Source: Candidatus Kerfeldbacteria bacterium CG_4_10_14_0_8_um_filter_42_10 (GTDB lineage Bacteria; Patescibacteriota; Patescibacteriia; UM-FILTER-42-10). Taken from it: a stretch of 38,395 nt of DNA. Below are positions 1 to 8,619 of the stretch, piece by piece. The notes under the pieces are model-generated. The model was not told where the DNA came from. It worked only from the letters and a program-made list of their open reading frames with translations, and made no database searches. The first letter of the stretch is position 1; the number at the start of each line of letters is the position of its first letter. Location: assembly GCA_002784945.1 (NCBI GenBank), contig PFMD01000028.1, forward strand, positions 1 to 38,395, read 5' to 3'. Made by a program: the position numbers and the translations under genes.

Positions 1-77
1 TTTATTTCACCCAATGATTACTTAATTAAAACGTTAAAGCCTGTTCCAACTTGTTAAGATTACCCTCAATCATGGCC

Positions 78-106
78 TTGACAAAAATATCCTTTTGATG
101 TATTAT
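78..106 (+). promoter_or_regulatory. sigma70-type promoter for the orphan ORF
   Basis: TTGACA (78-83), 17-nt spacer, TATTAT (101-106). Confidence 0.75.
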
Positions 107-152
107 GACTGGAAAAACAAAAATCGCTCTAGTCTAAATTGTGAGGCAAGTC

Positions 153-581
153 ATGAAAAAAGGTACCGCAATACCAGCACAAACAGTTGACATCGAGGTC
201 TCGGTTGTTCTTTTTCCCACGACCTATGACCTCGAAAAACTCCCGCCTGGCTTCAAATGCGAAAAGGATGTGACAGGAGTCAGACTAGGCTACTCCATTG
301 GTCCGTTTGAATTTCCTGAACTCACCGAGGATGATTCGCAACCCGGCGACGGAGTCCGGCACCATCTGAAGCCTGGCGTTTGGGATGAGAAGCTGAAACC
401 GGTTTGGCTAAACGCATATGCCGACGCCAAGCGGAAAGCCTCGGAACTCGCCCCCGCCTTTCAAGGATGGAGTATATCCAGTATCTCACTCTCGGTCCAG
501 GGGAATTTATCAGCGATCGTGGCTGCATCCACGTTCGATTCCCAACACATGGGAGAGAAGTTCCCAATCATCAATTTTTAG
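153..581 (+). CDS. hypothetical protein (orphan)
   Basis: ORF 141..581; ATG at 153 preceded by GAGG; own promoter and terminator; AYADAKRKASELA is only weakly reminiscent of SIMPL/DUF541. Confidence 0.6.
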   Translation: MKKGTAIPAQTVDIEVSVVLFPTTYDLEKLPPGFKCEKDVTGVRLGYSIGPFEFPELTEDDSQPGDGVRHHLKPGVWDEKLKPVWLNAYADAKRKASELAPAFQGWSISSISLSVQGNLSAIVAASTFDSQHMGEKFPIINF

Positions 582-612
582 CCTCGTGTTTCAAGGCTAC
601 CTGTTCTTAACT

Positions 613-650
613 CCGGATGTCAGCTTAATCGAGTCGGCATCCGGTATTTT
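613..650 (+). terminator. putative intrinsic terminator
   Basis: CCGGATGTC...GGCATCCGG stem followed by TATTTT. Confidence 0.55.
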
Positions 651-661
651 ATTTAGCAGGA

Positions 662-776
662 GTTAGCTTGTAGCTTTTTAGCTTATTAGCAGGCTTCGTT
701 GTTCTATTATTTCATGGCTTTTATTTCAACAATGAAGTAATGAACATCTAAAAAAAGCTACCACCTACAAGCTAAC
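662..776. repeat. inverted short-period (TAGCTT-type) array
   Basis: GTTAGCTTGTAG (662-673) pairs with CTACAAGCTAAC (765-776); 27-nt segment 663-689 recurs exactly as reverse complement at 26943-26969. Confidence 0.75.
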
Positions 777-777
777 C

Positions 778-2586
778 TCACTCCCATTCAATTGTCGCGG
801 GAGGTTTATTCGTAACGTCATAGAAAACCGCGTCAATTTCTTTTAGCTTCATTATTTTATTGGCCATTGCTTTGACATGTTTTAGCGGAAGCCTGGTAAA
901 ATTGGCGGTCATGGCTTCGGTGGAATTTATTGGGCGCAGGACAATGGATTCTCCTCCCCCAAAAGACAGCGGAATTAATACTACGGGAAACTGCCAAATC
1001 GATTCATAGAGCTTATTTTTACGGAGATAATCATTTACCAGAGCATCCGCTTCTCTTAACAAGTCCAATCGCATTTTGGTTAAATATGATTTTTTCAGGC
1101 GGAATTTTGAAATAGCGGTTTTGGTTAATAACCAGATGACCCGGTTAATCTCCCTGATATTATTGGTTATGTCGGTAGATGCTTTTTCTAAAGTTTTAAA
1201 ATTTGTATTTCCCGCCAAAACGCACGGGTGAGCATAGGTTCGCGAATCGCCTTGCACTCCTACTGATTTTATAGGAAGAATTTTAACTTTAAGCTTATAT
1301 TGCCGGGCAATCCCGTTGATTTTCCCTAACGGCTTGGGACCAATAGGATATTCCTTGTCGGCGCAAAGGCAGCGAATGCCTAAGCCCGGCCCAGGAAAGG
1401 GATGGCGATAAACCAAATTATGCGGCAAGCCCAGCATCTCCCCGACCTGCCTGACTTCATCTTTGTACAGTTCTTTTATCGGCTCAATAATTTTCCCCTG
1501 GTTAATCATCTTTTGGACGGCTTCTACCCGATTATGATGAGTTTTAATTACCGCGGCATGCTTGGTTCCACCGGTCTCGATAGTATCTGGGTAGATTGTC
1601 CCCTGCCCTAAAATCCATTCTTTTGGATTCAACCTTAACTTTTTCGTTTCCTGATCTTGGACCGTAATAAATTTCTGGCCAATGATTTTTCTTTTATTTT
1701 CCGGATCAAAAACTCCCGTTAATGAATTTAAAAATTCTTCCGAAGCGTTAATCCTATGAAAATTGGTGAAACCGTTCTTCCTAAAAACAGATTCGATTTC
1801 TTTTTGTTCGTTCTGGCGCATTAAACCGTTGTCGATATTCAGGCCATAGACTCGGCTCGGCCCTAAAGCCTTATTTAATAAGGCGAAACAAACGGTGGAA
1901 TCAACGCCGCCGGAAACCAAAAGAAAAACTTTTTTGCCTTTTAGCCGCTCTTTGATTTTTTTGGTTTCTTGGGTAATAAACGTTTTCATATCCCAGTTTT
2001 TTCCGGCTCGGCATACCTTATAGATAAAATTGTCCAGAATTTTCATTCCGCTTGAGGTATGAGTAACTTCGGGATGAAATTGCAAACCAAAGATATTCCT
2101 TTGGTAATCGGCCACGGCGGCAGTGGGACAATCAACGGTAGTAGCAATTATCTCAAAACCAGGCGCCAGTTTGGAAACATAATCGCCGTGGCTCATCCAT
2201 ACCGTTTCCTGATCCGAAAGACCGCTGAATATCCCCTTCTTCTGCTTAAGATAAACGATTGCTTTGCCGTACTCTTTGGTTTTTCCTCGGGAAACTTTGC
2301 CGCCTAAAATATGACTGATCAACTGGTGGCCATAGCAAATTCCTAAAACAGGCGTTCCTAATTTAAAAACGCCGGAATGACATTTCAAAGAGTCATCCTC
2401 GGAAATATTTTGAGGACCGCCTGAAATGATTATTCCCTTAAATCCTTTTAATTGCCGAGGAGCAACGTCATTCGGCAGAATTTCGGAATAAACTCCCAAG
2501 CGCCGGATCCGATTAGCAATCAGATGAGCGTACTGACCGCCGAAGTCTAGGACGGCGATTTTGTTTTCATTGTTCCATTTTTTCAT
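778..2586 (-). CDS. guaA: GMP synthase (glutamine-hydrolysing), long form
   Basis: LDFGGQY, GICYGHQ, QFHPEV glutaminase motifs; SGGVDS; IKTHHN; HPFPGPGLG; KPPATIEWE C-terminus; start taken at ATG 2586 (ORF extends to 2610). Confidence 0.97.
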   Translation of the reverse strand: MKKWNNENKIAVLDFGGQYAHLIANRIRRLGVYSEILPNDVAPRQLKGFKGIIISGGPQNISEDDSLKCHSGVFKLGTPVLGICYGHQLISHILGGKVSRGKTKEYGKAIVYLKQKKGIFSGLSDQETVWMSHGDYVSKLAPGFEIIATTVDCPTAAVADYQRNIFGLQFHPEVTHTSSGMKILDNFIYKVCRAGKNWDMKTFITQETKKIKERLKGKKVFLLVSGGVDSTVCFALLNKALGPSRVYGLNIDNGLMRQNEQKEIESVFRKNGFTNFHRINASEEFLNSLTGVFDPENKRKIIGQKFITVQDQETKKLRLNPKEWILGQGTIYPDTIETGGTKHAAVIKTHHNRVEAVQKMINQGKIIEPIKELYKDEVRQVGEMLGLPHNLVYRHPFPGPGLGIRCLCADKEYPIGPKPLGKINGIARQYKLKVKILPIKSVGVQGDSRTYAHPCVLAGNTNFKTLEKASTDITNNIREINRVIWLLTKTAISKFRLKKSYLTKMRLDLLREADALVNDYLRKNKLYESIWQFPVVLIPLSFGGGESIVLRPINSTEAMTANFTRLPLKHVKAMANKIMKLKEIDAVFYDVTNKPPATIEWE

Positions 2587-2625
2587 AGTTTCCTCGCTTC
2601 CTTGTTTCACGGTTTCATGGTTTTT

Positions 2626-2832
2626 ATATTGTTGTATTGTTTTATTGTTGTATTGTTTTGGATATTAATAACAATTTAACCATATAACAATATAGCAATA
2701 CAACAATAAATGCTTGATATAATTCTAAATTATCTTTACAATAAAGACAATAAGATTAGCTTATTAGCTTATTAGCTTATTAGGTTATAAATTATTAGCG
2801 TTCTAAAAAGCTAAAAAGCTAAAAAGCTAATT
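2626..2832. repeat. two inverted octamer arrays in the guaA/guaB divergent spacer
   Basis: (NTATTGTT)n followed by (AACAATNN)n at about 2626-2710; (TTAGCTTA)n followed by (CTAAAAAG)n at about 2755-2832. Confidence 0.75.
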
Positions 2833-2840
2833 CCTAAAAA

Positions 2841-4313
2841 ATGTTTACCCAATTCGAAGAAACCCTAACCTTTGACGACGTCCTTTTGGTTCCCATGAAA
2901 TCGGCTGTTCTTCCTAAAGAAACTGAGATTAGCACCCGTCTCACGAAAAAAATTTCCTTGAAAATTCCCTTGCTTTCTTCTCCCATGGACACGGTTACCG
3001 AATGCAAAATGGCCATCGCTTTGGCTTTACAAGGGGGAATCGGAATAATTCATAAAAACCTTACTCCCGAAAATCAGGCGAAGGAAGTAACTTACGTAAA
3101 GCGTTTTGAAAACGGATTTATTGAAAATCCGGTCACTTTGCAGCCGGAGGACAAAATTTCCGAAGTGGCCGAAATTAAAAACACCAAGGGCTACAAGAAA
3201 ATTCCAATAGTCGACGGAAAGAACAAACTGGTCGGTTTAATCACCGAGTTGGATTACTTTCTGCCGGAAGATGAAAAGCTGCCCGTTAAGTTCCGAATGA
3301 AACCGATAGAAAAAACGGTAGTCGGCCGGCAAGGCATTACTTTGAAGCGCGCCAATATCATAATTCGCGATAACAACCTTTCCGTTCTGCCGATCGTTGA
3401 TAAAACCGGCCGATTAGTCAGTATGGTTACCAGAAGCGATTTGGAAAAAAATGAGTTGTACCCCAACGCCTGCAAGGATGAAAAAAAACAATTGAGAGTG
3501 GGCGCGGCCATTGCCGTCGGTAACGAAGCCCTAGAACGGGCGCGCTTGCTCACCGGAGCGGGCGCCGACGTTCTGGTAATCGACACCGCCCACGGCCATT
3601 CCCAAGGAGTGTTGGATACGCTGCGCGCTTTAAAAAAAGATCGCCTTTTTTCCAAGATTGAAATAATTGTCGGCAACGTCGCCACGGAAGAAGGGACGCG
3701 CGACTTGATTAGGGCCGGCGCCGATGCCATTAAGGTGGGGGTCGGGTCAGGCTCTATTTGTACCACCAGAATAATCGCCGGTGTGGGCGTTCCCCAGATA
3801 AGCGCCATTAAAGCGGCGGTTAAAGGAAGAGGAAAAAACAATGTACCGATAATCTCGGATGGCGGCGTCAGATACTCCGGCGACATTGTTAAGGCATTGG
3901 CCGCCGGCGCTGATTCCGTTATGATTGGCGGTCTGTTTGCCGGCTGCGACGAAACGCCGGGCCGCGTCGAATACGAAGGCGGCCGAATGTATAAGAGCTA
4001 CCGCGGTATGGGCTCGCTAGAAGCCATGACTCACGGTTCTAAAGACCGTTACGGCCAAGCCGACCAAAAAGATGCGACCAAGCTGGTTCCAGAAGGAATT
4101 ACCGGCAAAGTCCTTTATAAAGGGCATCTCGCCGATTATGTCTATCAAATTATTGGCGGCCTGCGCTCCGGAATGGGATACTTAGGAGCAGCCACAATCA
4201 AAGAATTGCAGCAGAAGGCCCACTTTATTAAAATCAGCAACGCCGGCTTGAAGGAAAGCCACCCCCATGATATTTCCATTGTAAAGCATCCGCCGAATTA
4301 TCCCGTTGATTAA
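2841..4313 (+). CDS. guaB: IMP dehydrogenase with CBS pair
   Basis: LTFDDVLL, SSPMDTVTE, DTAHGHS, catalytic GSGSICTT, YRGMGS, VPEG, LKESHPHD. Confidence 0.98.
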   Translation: MFTQFEETLTFDDVLLVPMKSAVLPKETEISTRLTKKISLKIPLLSSPMDTVTECKMAIALALQGGIGIIHKNLTPENQAKEVTYVKRFENGFIENPVTLQPEDKISEVAEIKNTKGYKKIPIVDGKNKLVGLITELDYFLPEDEKLPVKFRMKPIEKTVVGRQGITLKRANIIIRDNNLSVLPIVDKTGRLVSMVTRSDLEKNELYPNACKDEKKQLRVGAAIAVGNEALERARLLTGAGADVLVIDTAHGHSQGVLDTLRALKKDRLFSKIEIIVGNVATEEGTRDLIRAGADAIKVGVGSGSICTTRIIAGVGVPQISAIKAAVKGRGKNNVPIISDGGVRYSGDIVKALAAGADSVMIGGLFAGCDETPGRVEYEGGRMYKSYRGMGSLEAMTHGSKDRYGQADQKDATKLVPEGITGKVLYKGHLADYVYQIIGGLRSGMGYLGAATIKELQQKAHFIKISNAGLKESHPHDISIVKHPPNYPVD

Positions 4314-4443
4314 AAAACAGAAGGGTATTAGCGTCATTCTGACCCGAGTATGCGAGGGGAAGAATCCCGTTGATAATACAACGGGATCCCTCGTCCCGCG
4401 TAACGGGACTTAGGATGACGGCGTTTTCACCCTTCTGTTTTTT
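4312..4443. repeat. GTCATTCTGA...TTAGGATGAC palindromic element nested in a bidirectional terminator-like stem
   Basis: outer arms AAAAAACAGAAGGGT (4312-4326) / ACCCTTCTGTTTTTT (4429-4443); inner element 4332-4420 with internal hairpins. Confidence 0.75.
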
Positions 4444-4446
4444 TGT

Positions 4447-5880
4447 TTATCGCTTTCTCAATTTAATATGCGCTTCTTGAAGTTGGAGCAATAGCTCGCT
4501 TTCATCGATTAAATTATTCATTCGATTGGAAATAACAAAATCACCGTTAATCATCAAATCGCGGACATTCCTACCGCCATGGGTAATCATATTGCTCACT
4601 AAAGTCAGCGGCTGATCCGGATCGTATGGCAAAAAACCGCGATCTTTTAATTTCCAGAAGGCTAGATCCGCTCTGAACCCTGGAATAATTTTTCCGGTTT
4701 TTGGCAACCCGATAATTTTGGCGCCTTGGCCGGTTATCATATTGAAAAGATCTTCGTAGGGCACGATTCTTTTTTCCTGGTGCATGGTTTTAGTCTGGAG
4801 CGCCTCCGTTAATAAATCCAGTCTGCTTTTACTGACCACGCTGTCGGTACCTAAAGCAATGCGGTCCGTTGCCTTGAGCTCATGAAAAAGCGGATAGTTG
4901 AAATGCCCGCTTTTATGCAGAAGATTGGAGGTAGGCAGATGAATCACGCCGGCCTTTCTTTTTTTTATGAGCAGAATTTCTCTTTTGGTCAAATGGATGG
5001 CGTGCGATAAAAGAGTCAAATGATTCAATAATCCGTATTTTTCTAGAACCAGAACGGGCAAATCATGATGCCTTTCGTAACAACGTTCGTTCGATTCTTT
5101 GGTTTCGGCCAGATGGAGAGTAAACAAAGCGCGGTATTTTTTTTGCAGCTGGGCGATTCTTTTTAAAACCGAGGGTGATGCTTTGGCTAATTCGTGAATC
5201 GCCATGGCCGGCTGGGTATAACAATGATTTTTGTTTTTTAAATATTTTTCCACTAACGCCGGCGAGTTTTGCGGATGGGAATTACTGACCGCGCTTAAAG
5301 CATTTATGACATTCTGTTTGGTCGCTTGGGCGGCCTGATCAATCGGTTCAAAAACTCCGTAATGGCTTAATGTAGTAGTGATTCCCGAGCGCTGCTGTTC
5401 GGTAAAATCTCCTAGTGCTCCTAGTAAAAAATCCTCTTCCTTCATTTTTCCTTCCAGCTGAGCCATTCCTTTTAAGGTTTCGTCCAGATTGTCTTCGGAA
5501 AACGTCAAAGTTGATCTTAAAAGATACATGGGCGGATGAGCATGCGTATTGACAAAGCCAGGAGTCACGACAATACCGCCCCTAAGTTCGGCATCATAAA
5601 TCAAATCAATTTTCTTAAGCAGAGCGCCCGAAAACTTTTGGGAATCGAAAATCTCGCTGATTATGCCATCTTGAATTAAAATGGATTTCCCCTTAAGCAC
5701 CTGCAGCTTGTCTTTCCCGTCGATAGTTATCAAAAAAGGAATACCGTGAATCAGAATTTTTTTAGGCATCCCTTCTCTTAAAATTGAATAGCGGCTTTTG
5801 TTTTCCCAGCGCTTGACGAACAAACCGTCTTTATGGCGATTTTTGACCTTATCGAGGATTTCGGAAAAGCCGGAATTCAT
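4447..5880 (-). CDS. metal-dependent amidohydrolase, MTA/SAH or guanine deaminase-like
   Basis: PGFVNTHAH, LHLAET, SHAIHL, LGTDS, GKIIPGFRADL motifs. Confidence 0.85.
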   Translation of the reverse strand: MNSGFSEILDKVKNRHKDGLFVKRWENKSRYSILREGMPKKILIHGIPFLITIDGKDKLQVLKGKSILIQDGIISEIFDSQKFSGALLKKIDLIYDAELRGGIVVTPGFVNTHAHPPMYLLRSTLTFSEDNLDETLKGMAQLEGKMKEEDFLLGALGDFTEQQRSGITTTLSHYGVFEPIDQAAQATKQNVINALSAVSNSHPQNSPALVEKYLKNKNHCYTQPAMAIHELAKASPSVLKRIAQLQKKYRALFTLHLAETKESNERCYERHHDLPVLVLEKYGLLNHLTLLSHAIHLTKREILLIKKRKAGVIHLPTSNLLHKSGHFNYPLFHELKATDRIALGTDSVVSKSRLDLLTEALQTKTMHQEKRIVPYEDLFNMITGQGAKIIGLPKTGKIIPGFRADLAFWKLKDRGFLPYDPDQPLTLVSNMITHGGRNVRDLMINGDFVISNRMNNLIDESELLLQLQEAHIKLRKR

Positions 5881-5909
5881 GAGATTGTTGAAATAATTTT
5901 AAAACGCTC

Positions 5910-5976
5910 TCATCCCGAGCAAAGCGAAGGATTTAATTTAACTAACTTTAGAGACCCCTCATTTCATTCAGGGTGA
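5910..5976. repeat. degenerate copy of the GTCAT...ATGAC palindromic element
   Basis: TCATCCCGAGCAAAGCGAAGGAT...GAGACCCCTC...TTCAGGGTGA has the same layout as 4332-4420. Confidence 0.5.
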
Positions 5977-6001
5977 AATTGTTGAATTATCAACAATTTC
6001 A

Positions 6002-7057
6002 TTATAGCAGGATTTGTTTTTTTGCCCAAAGGGCGTGGGATTTTATTATAGGATCAGAATTATTCAGCAAACACTCAACTCCCTTCAAGGCCGGCTTGCT
6101 GCCCCAGTTTCCTAACGCTATCGCTACATTACGCATAAAGCCGCCGTACTTTGCCCGAAGCATTGGTTTTCCCCGGAACCGCTCTTGGAATTCAACTTCT
6201 GACAATTTAGCCAGTTCTAAAAGCGACGGAGCAATTTGATCTTCAAGTAGGTGAGGATACATATCCTTACCTACGGTTCCAAAAAACAATGCTGGTTCCG
6301 CTTTACTGTTCCAGGGACAAACTTCTTGGCAGATATCGCAGCCGAAAATCCTATTTTTCATCAGGGGCCGGAATTTTTCCGGAATCTCCCCTTTTAATTC
6401 AATGGTTAAATAGGAAAGGCATTTGCGGGCATCCAGCAATTTTTTATCTACCAGCGCTTTGGTCGGGCAGCGATCCAGGCACCGCTGGCAGGTGCCGCAT
6501 GACCCCACAATTTTTGGTGAATAGGACGGCAAAGCAACATCTAAAAATATTTCTCCCAAAAAAAGGTAGGAGCCCAGTTGGTAATTTATTAAATTAGTGT
6601 TATTGCCGATAAATCCCAATCCGGCGCGGTAAGCCAGTTCCCTTTCTAAAATAGGGCCGGTATCAACATAAGATTTAGAATTGACTTTTTGCTTCAAAAT
6701 TCCGGAAAGCTGGCCGGCAAATTCTTCCAGTTTTTTCACAACCAGTTTGTGGTAATCCTCATGCCAGGCATAGCGGGCAATGATTCCGCGCGAAGGATCG
6801 TTTTTGATTTCATCGGGCAAATCCTGCAAGTAGTAGTTGATTCCAGCCAAAATAACGGACTTTGCTTCAGGAAATATTTCTAGAGGATTAAGTCTTTTTT
6901 CTTTACCCTGCCTGATCCAATCCATTTCTCCGGCATAGCCACGCTTGAGCCATGCATTCAGATTTTTGGCATACTTACTTGATTCAACTGGAATAATCCC
7001 GATTAAATCAAAACCTAGCTGTTTTTGCAGTTCGATTATCTCATTCGTTAAAGCCAT
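6002..7057 (-). CDS. queG: tRNA epoxyqueuosine(34) reductase
   Basis: GYAGEMDW, IARYAW..DYH, YVDTGPILER, CGTCQRCLDRCPT and GCDICQEVCPWN 4Fe-4S motifs, RNVAIALGN; ATG 7057 lies 6 nt after TGcTACAAT. Confidence 0.95.
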   Translation of the reverse strand: MALTNEIIELQKQLGFDLIGIIPVESSKYAKNLNAWLKRGYAGEMDWIRQGKEKRLNPLEIFPEAKSVILAGINYYLQDLPDEIKNDPSRGIIARYAWHEDYHKLVVKKLEEFAGQLSGILKQKVNSKSYVDTGPILERELAYRAGLGFIGNNTNLINYQLGSYLFLGEIFLDVALPSYSPKIVGSCGTCQRCLDRCPTKALVDKKLLDARKCLSYLTIELKGEIPEKFRPLMKNRIFGCDICQEVCPWNSKAEPALFFGTVGKDMYPHLLEDQIAPSLLELAKLSEVEFQERFRGKPMLRAKYGGFMRNVAIALGNWGSKPALKGVECLLNNSDPIIKSHALWAKKQILL

Positions 7058-7218
7058 AATGTCATTGTAGCAAAGCTGGGGGTTAAAATTCAAAAAGCAA
7101 AAGTCAAAAGTTCAAATCAAAATTTAAAATTATAAAATAAAAGTAGACTTTTTACTTATTACTCGCAATGCGGTCCTTTTAGGATCGCTAAGGAAAATCC
7201 TTCGGTTTATGTGAGAAT

Positions 7219-7495
7219 AAAAAAAAGTTCCCCGCCTTGATATGATCAAAGCAAAATGGCGGGGAACCCCGGACACGCCTATGCCAGCGCGATCTACTGC
7301 AACCAAAGGAGGTATGTGTGCTATTCTTCGTCACTGAACTGCTCTTCTGCTTGCAAATGCCGATCTCTCAAAGAGACCTGAACTACTGCCCAAGAAAGGC
7401 CGCGCTGGACTTCGGCAGCCCTTTCGTGTCCAATAAAGGACTGCGTTTGGTTTACCCTTCGGCGGACAATAGGCAAGAATCCCGGATTGATCAGC
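7219..7495 (-). ncRNA. candidate free-standing structured RNA, about 277 nt, family unknown
   Basis: minus-strand TTGACA(7530-7525)-17-TATTCT(7507-7502); 10-bp terminator stem 7227-7267 plus U8; end-to-end pairings and internal hairpins. Confidence 0.55.
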
Positions 7496-7616
7496 AAGAA
7501 TAGAATATCTCGAAATTTTTCCCTTGTCAACAAATAGGTAACCCCATGGCTCCGCGGGCGCGGCGTTGCCTGCGGGATCAATAGCATTTAATAGGCCAAA
7601 CGAATTGGGGATAAAA

Positions 7617-7644
7617 TTGATGTTTTTAGGGCATTGTGTATAAT
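7617..7644 (+). promoter_or_regulatory. sigma70-type promoter
   Basis: TTGATG-16-TATAAT with TG extension. Confidence 0.55.
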
Positions 7645-7674
7645 AAAGAATAATATTATTAACAAAAATAAATT

Positions 7675-8061
7675 ATGGAAGAAACAAAAGCCCATTCCTC
7701 GTCAGTACGCCTTTTTTATTTTTGGACCGGTATTGTGGCCACTTTTACCTACCGGGCCATTATTATTCTCAATAACTACAGCGCTCTTTGGGTAAAGGTA
7801 TTTTGGTATATCGGTACGGTCGGCTTTGTCATCTATTTTGCCCACCGCTACCAAATTTCCGAAAAGCGGGCGAGACTGATTAAAGAAAGCGGATTGGTGG
7901 AAAAAATTAACGGCTTGCCGGAATTGAACCAGACTGACCGAGAAGCAATGAAATACATCTTCGGCACATTGACTACTTCTAAGGAAAAATGGAATTATAT
8001 CGCAATTTTTGTTTTATCCGGTCTATCTTTGATTATCGGACTGTACCTGGATATTTTTTAG
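7675..8061 (+). CDS. hypothetical membrane protein (about 3 TM)
   Basis: 128-aa ORF with three hydrophobic segments and a promoter upstream. Confidence 0.8.
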   Translation: MEETKAHSSSVRLFYFWTGIVATFTYRAIIILNNYSALWVKVFWYIGTVGFVIYFAHRYQISEKRARLIKESGLVEKINGLPELNQTDREAMKYIFGTLTTSKEKWNYIAIFVLSGLSLIIGLYLDIF

Positions 8062-8131
8062 AATCTCCCTGCTCTTTTAGATTAGATTCTTTTCTGTTAA
8101 ACTTAAGTTAATTTAAGAATTAAATAGAGCA

Positions 8132-8605
8132 ATGAGAGAATCGTTTCGAACCGGCTTAAGTTTTGGCCTAACTTCCGGCATTATTACCACTTTGGGATTG
8201 ATGGTGGGTTTAAATTCCGGTACTCATTCCCGAATAGCGGTGCTGGGAGGAATTTTAACTATTGCCATTGCCGATGCCTTATCCGACTCCTTGGGGATTC
8301 ATACTTCCGAAGAGGCTGAGAATCACCATACCCATCATGAGGTTTGGGAATCAACTTTCTCTACTTTTGTCGCCAAGTTTTTATTTGCCCTGACTTTTGC
8401 CGTTCCTATTCTGCTTTTCAGCCTTTCTACCGCCGTAATCGTCAGTATCGCCTGGGGATTATCAATGCTGATTCTCCTCAATTATCGTATCGCTAAACTC
8501 CAAAAGATTACTCCCTGGAAAGTCATTTTGGAACATTTAACTATTGCCGTTGCGGTAATCATCACCACTTATTTTGTCGGAATTCTGCTCTCTTACCTTT
8601 CTTAA
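8132..8605 (+). CDS. VIT1/CCC1 family Fe/Mn transporter-like protein
   Basis: FGLTSGIITTLGLMVG and AIADALSDSLGIHTSEE motifs. Confidence 0.85.
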   Translation: MRESFRTGLSFGLTSGIITTLGLMVGLNSGTHSRIAVLGGILTIAIADALSDSLGIHTSEEAENHHTHHEVWESTFSTFVAKFLFALTFAVPILLFSLSTAVIVSIAWGLSMLILLNYRIAKLQKITPWKVILEHLTIAVAVIITTYFVGILLSYLS

Positions 8606-8619
8606 ATCCAAGTTAATTT

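Noticed and set aside
2626-2832. Short repeat arrays as CRISPR
   Set aside because: Units are 8 nt with no unique spacers, and there are no cas genes.
3254-3886. 210-aa minus-strand ORF and similar antisense ORFs in hppA, typA, dnaX, the ATPase and the lipoproteins
   Set aside because: Shadow frames of well-supported genes.
4300-4374. 11-bp ATCCCGTTGAT duplication at the guaB end and inside the palindromic element
   Set aside because: It also occurs inside guaA and does not flank the element, so it is not a target-site duplication.
7340-7385. SRP helix-8-like CAGG...AGCAG
   Set aside because: The 25-nt interior lacks the short stem and GNRA tetraloop.
7385-7430. Lysine riboswitch-like words GAAAGG..GCCGAA..UUGGG on the minus strand
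   Set aside because: The spacing is far too short, the AGAGG, AGUA and ACUGUC elements are absent, and there is no lysine gene downstream.
7321-7587. 88-aa minus-strand ORF and 61-aa plus-strand ORF (7318-7503)
   Set aside because: No recognisable protein features; the minus ORF runs across a consensus promoter; the plus ORF is kept only as an alternative hypothesis.
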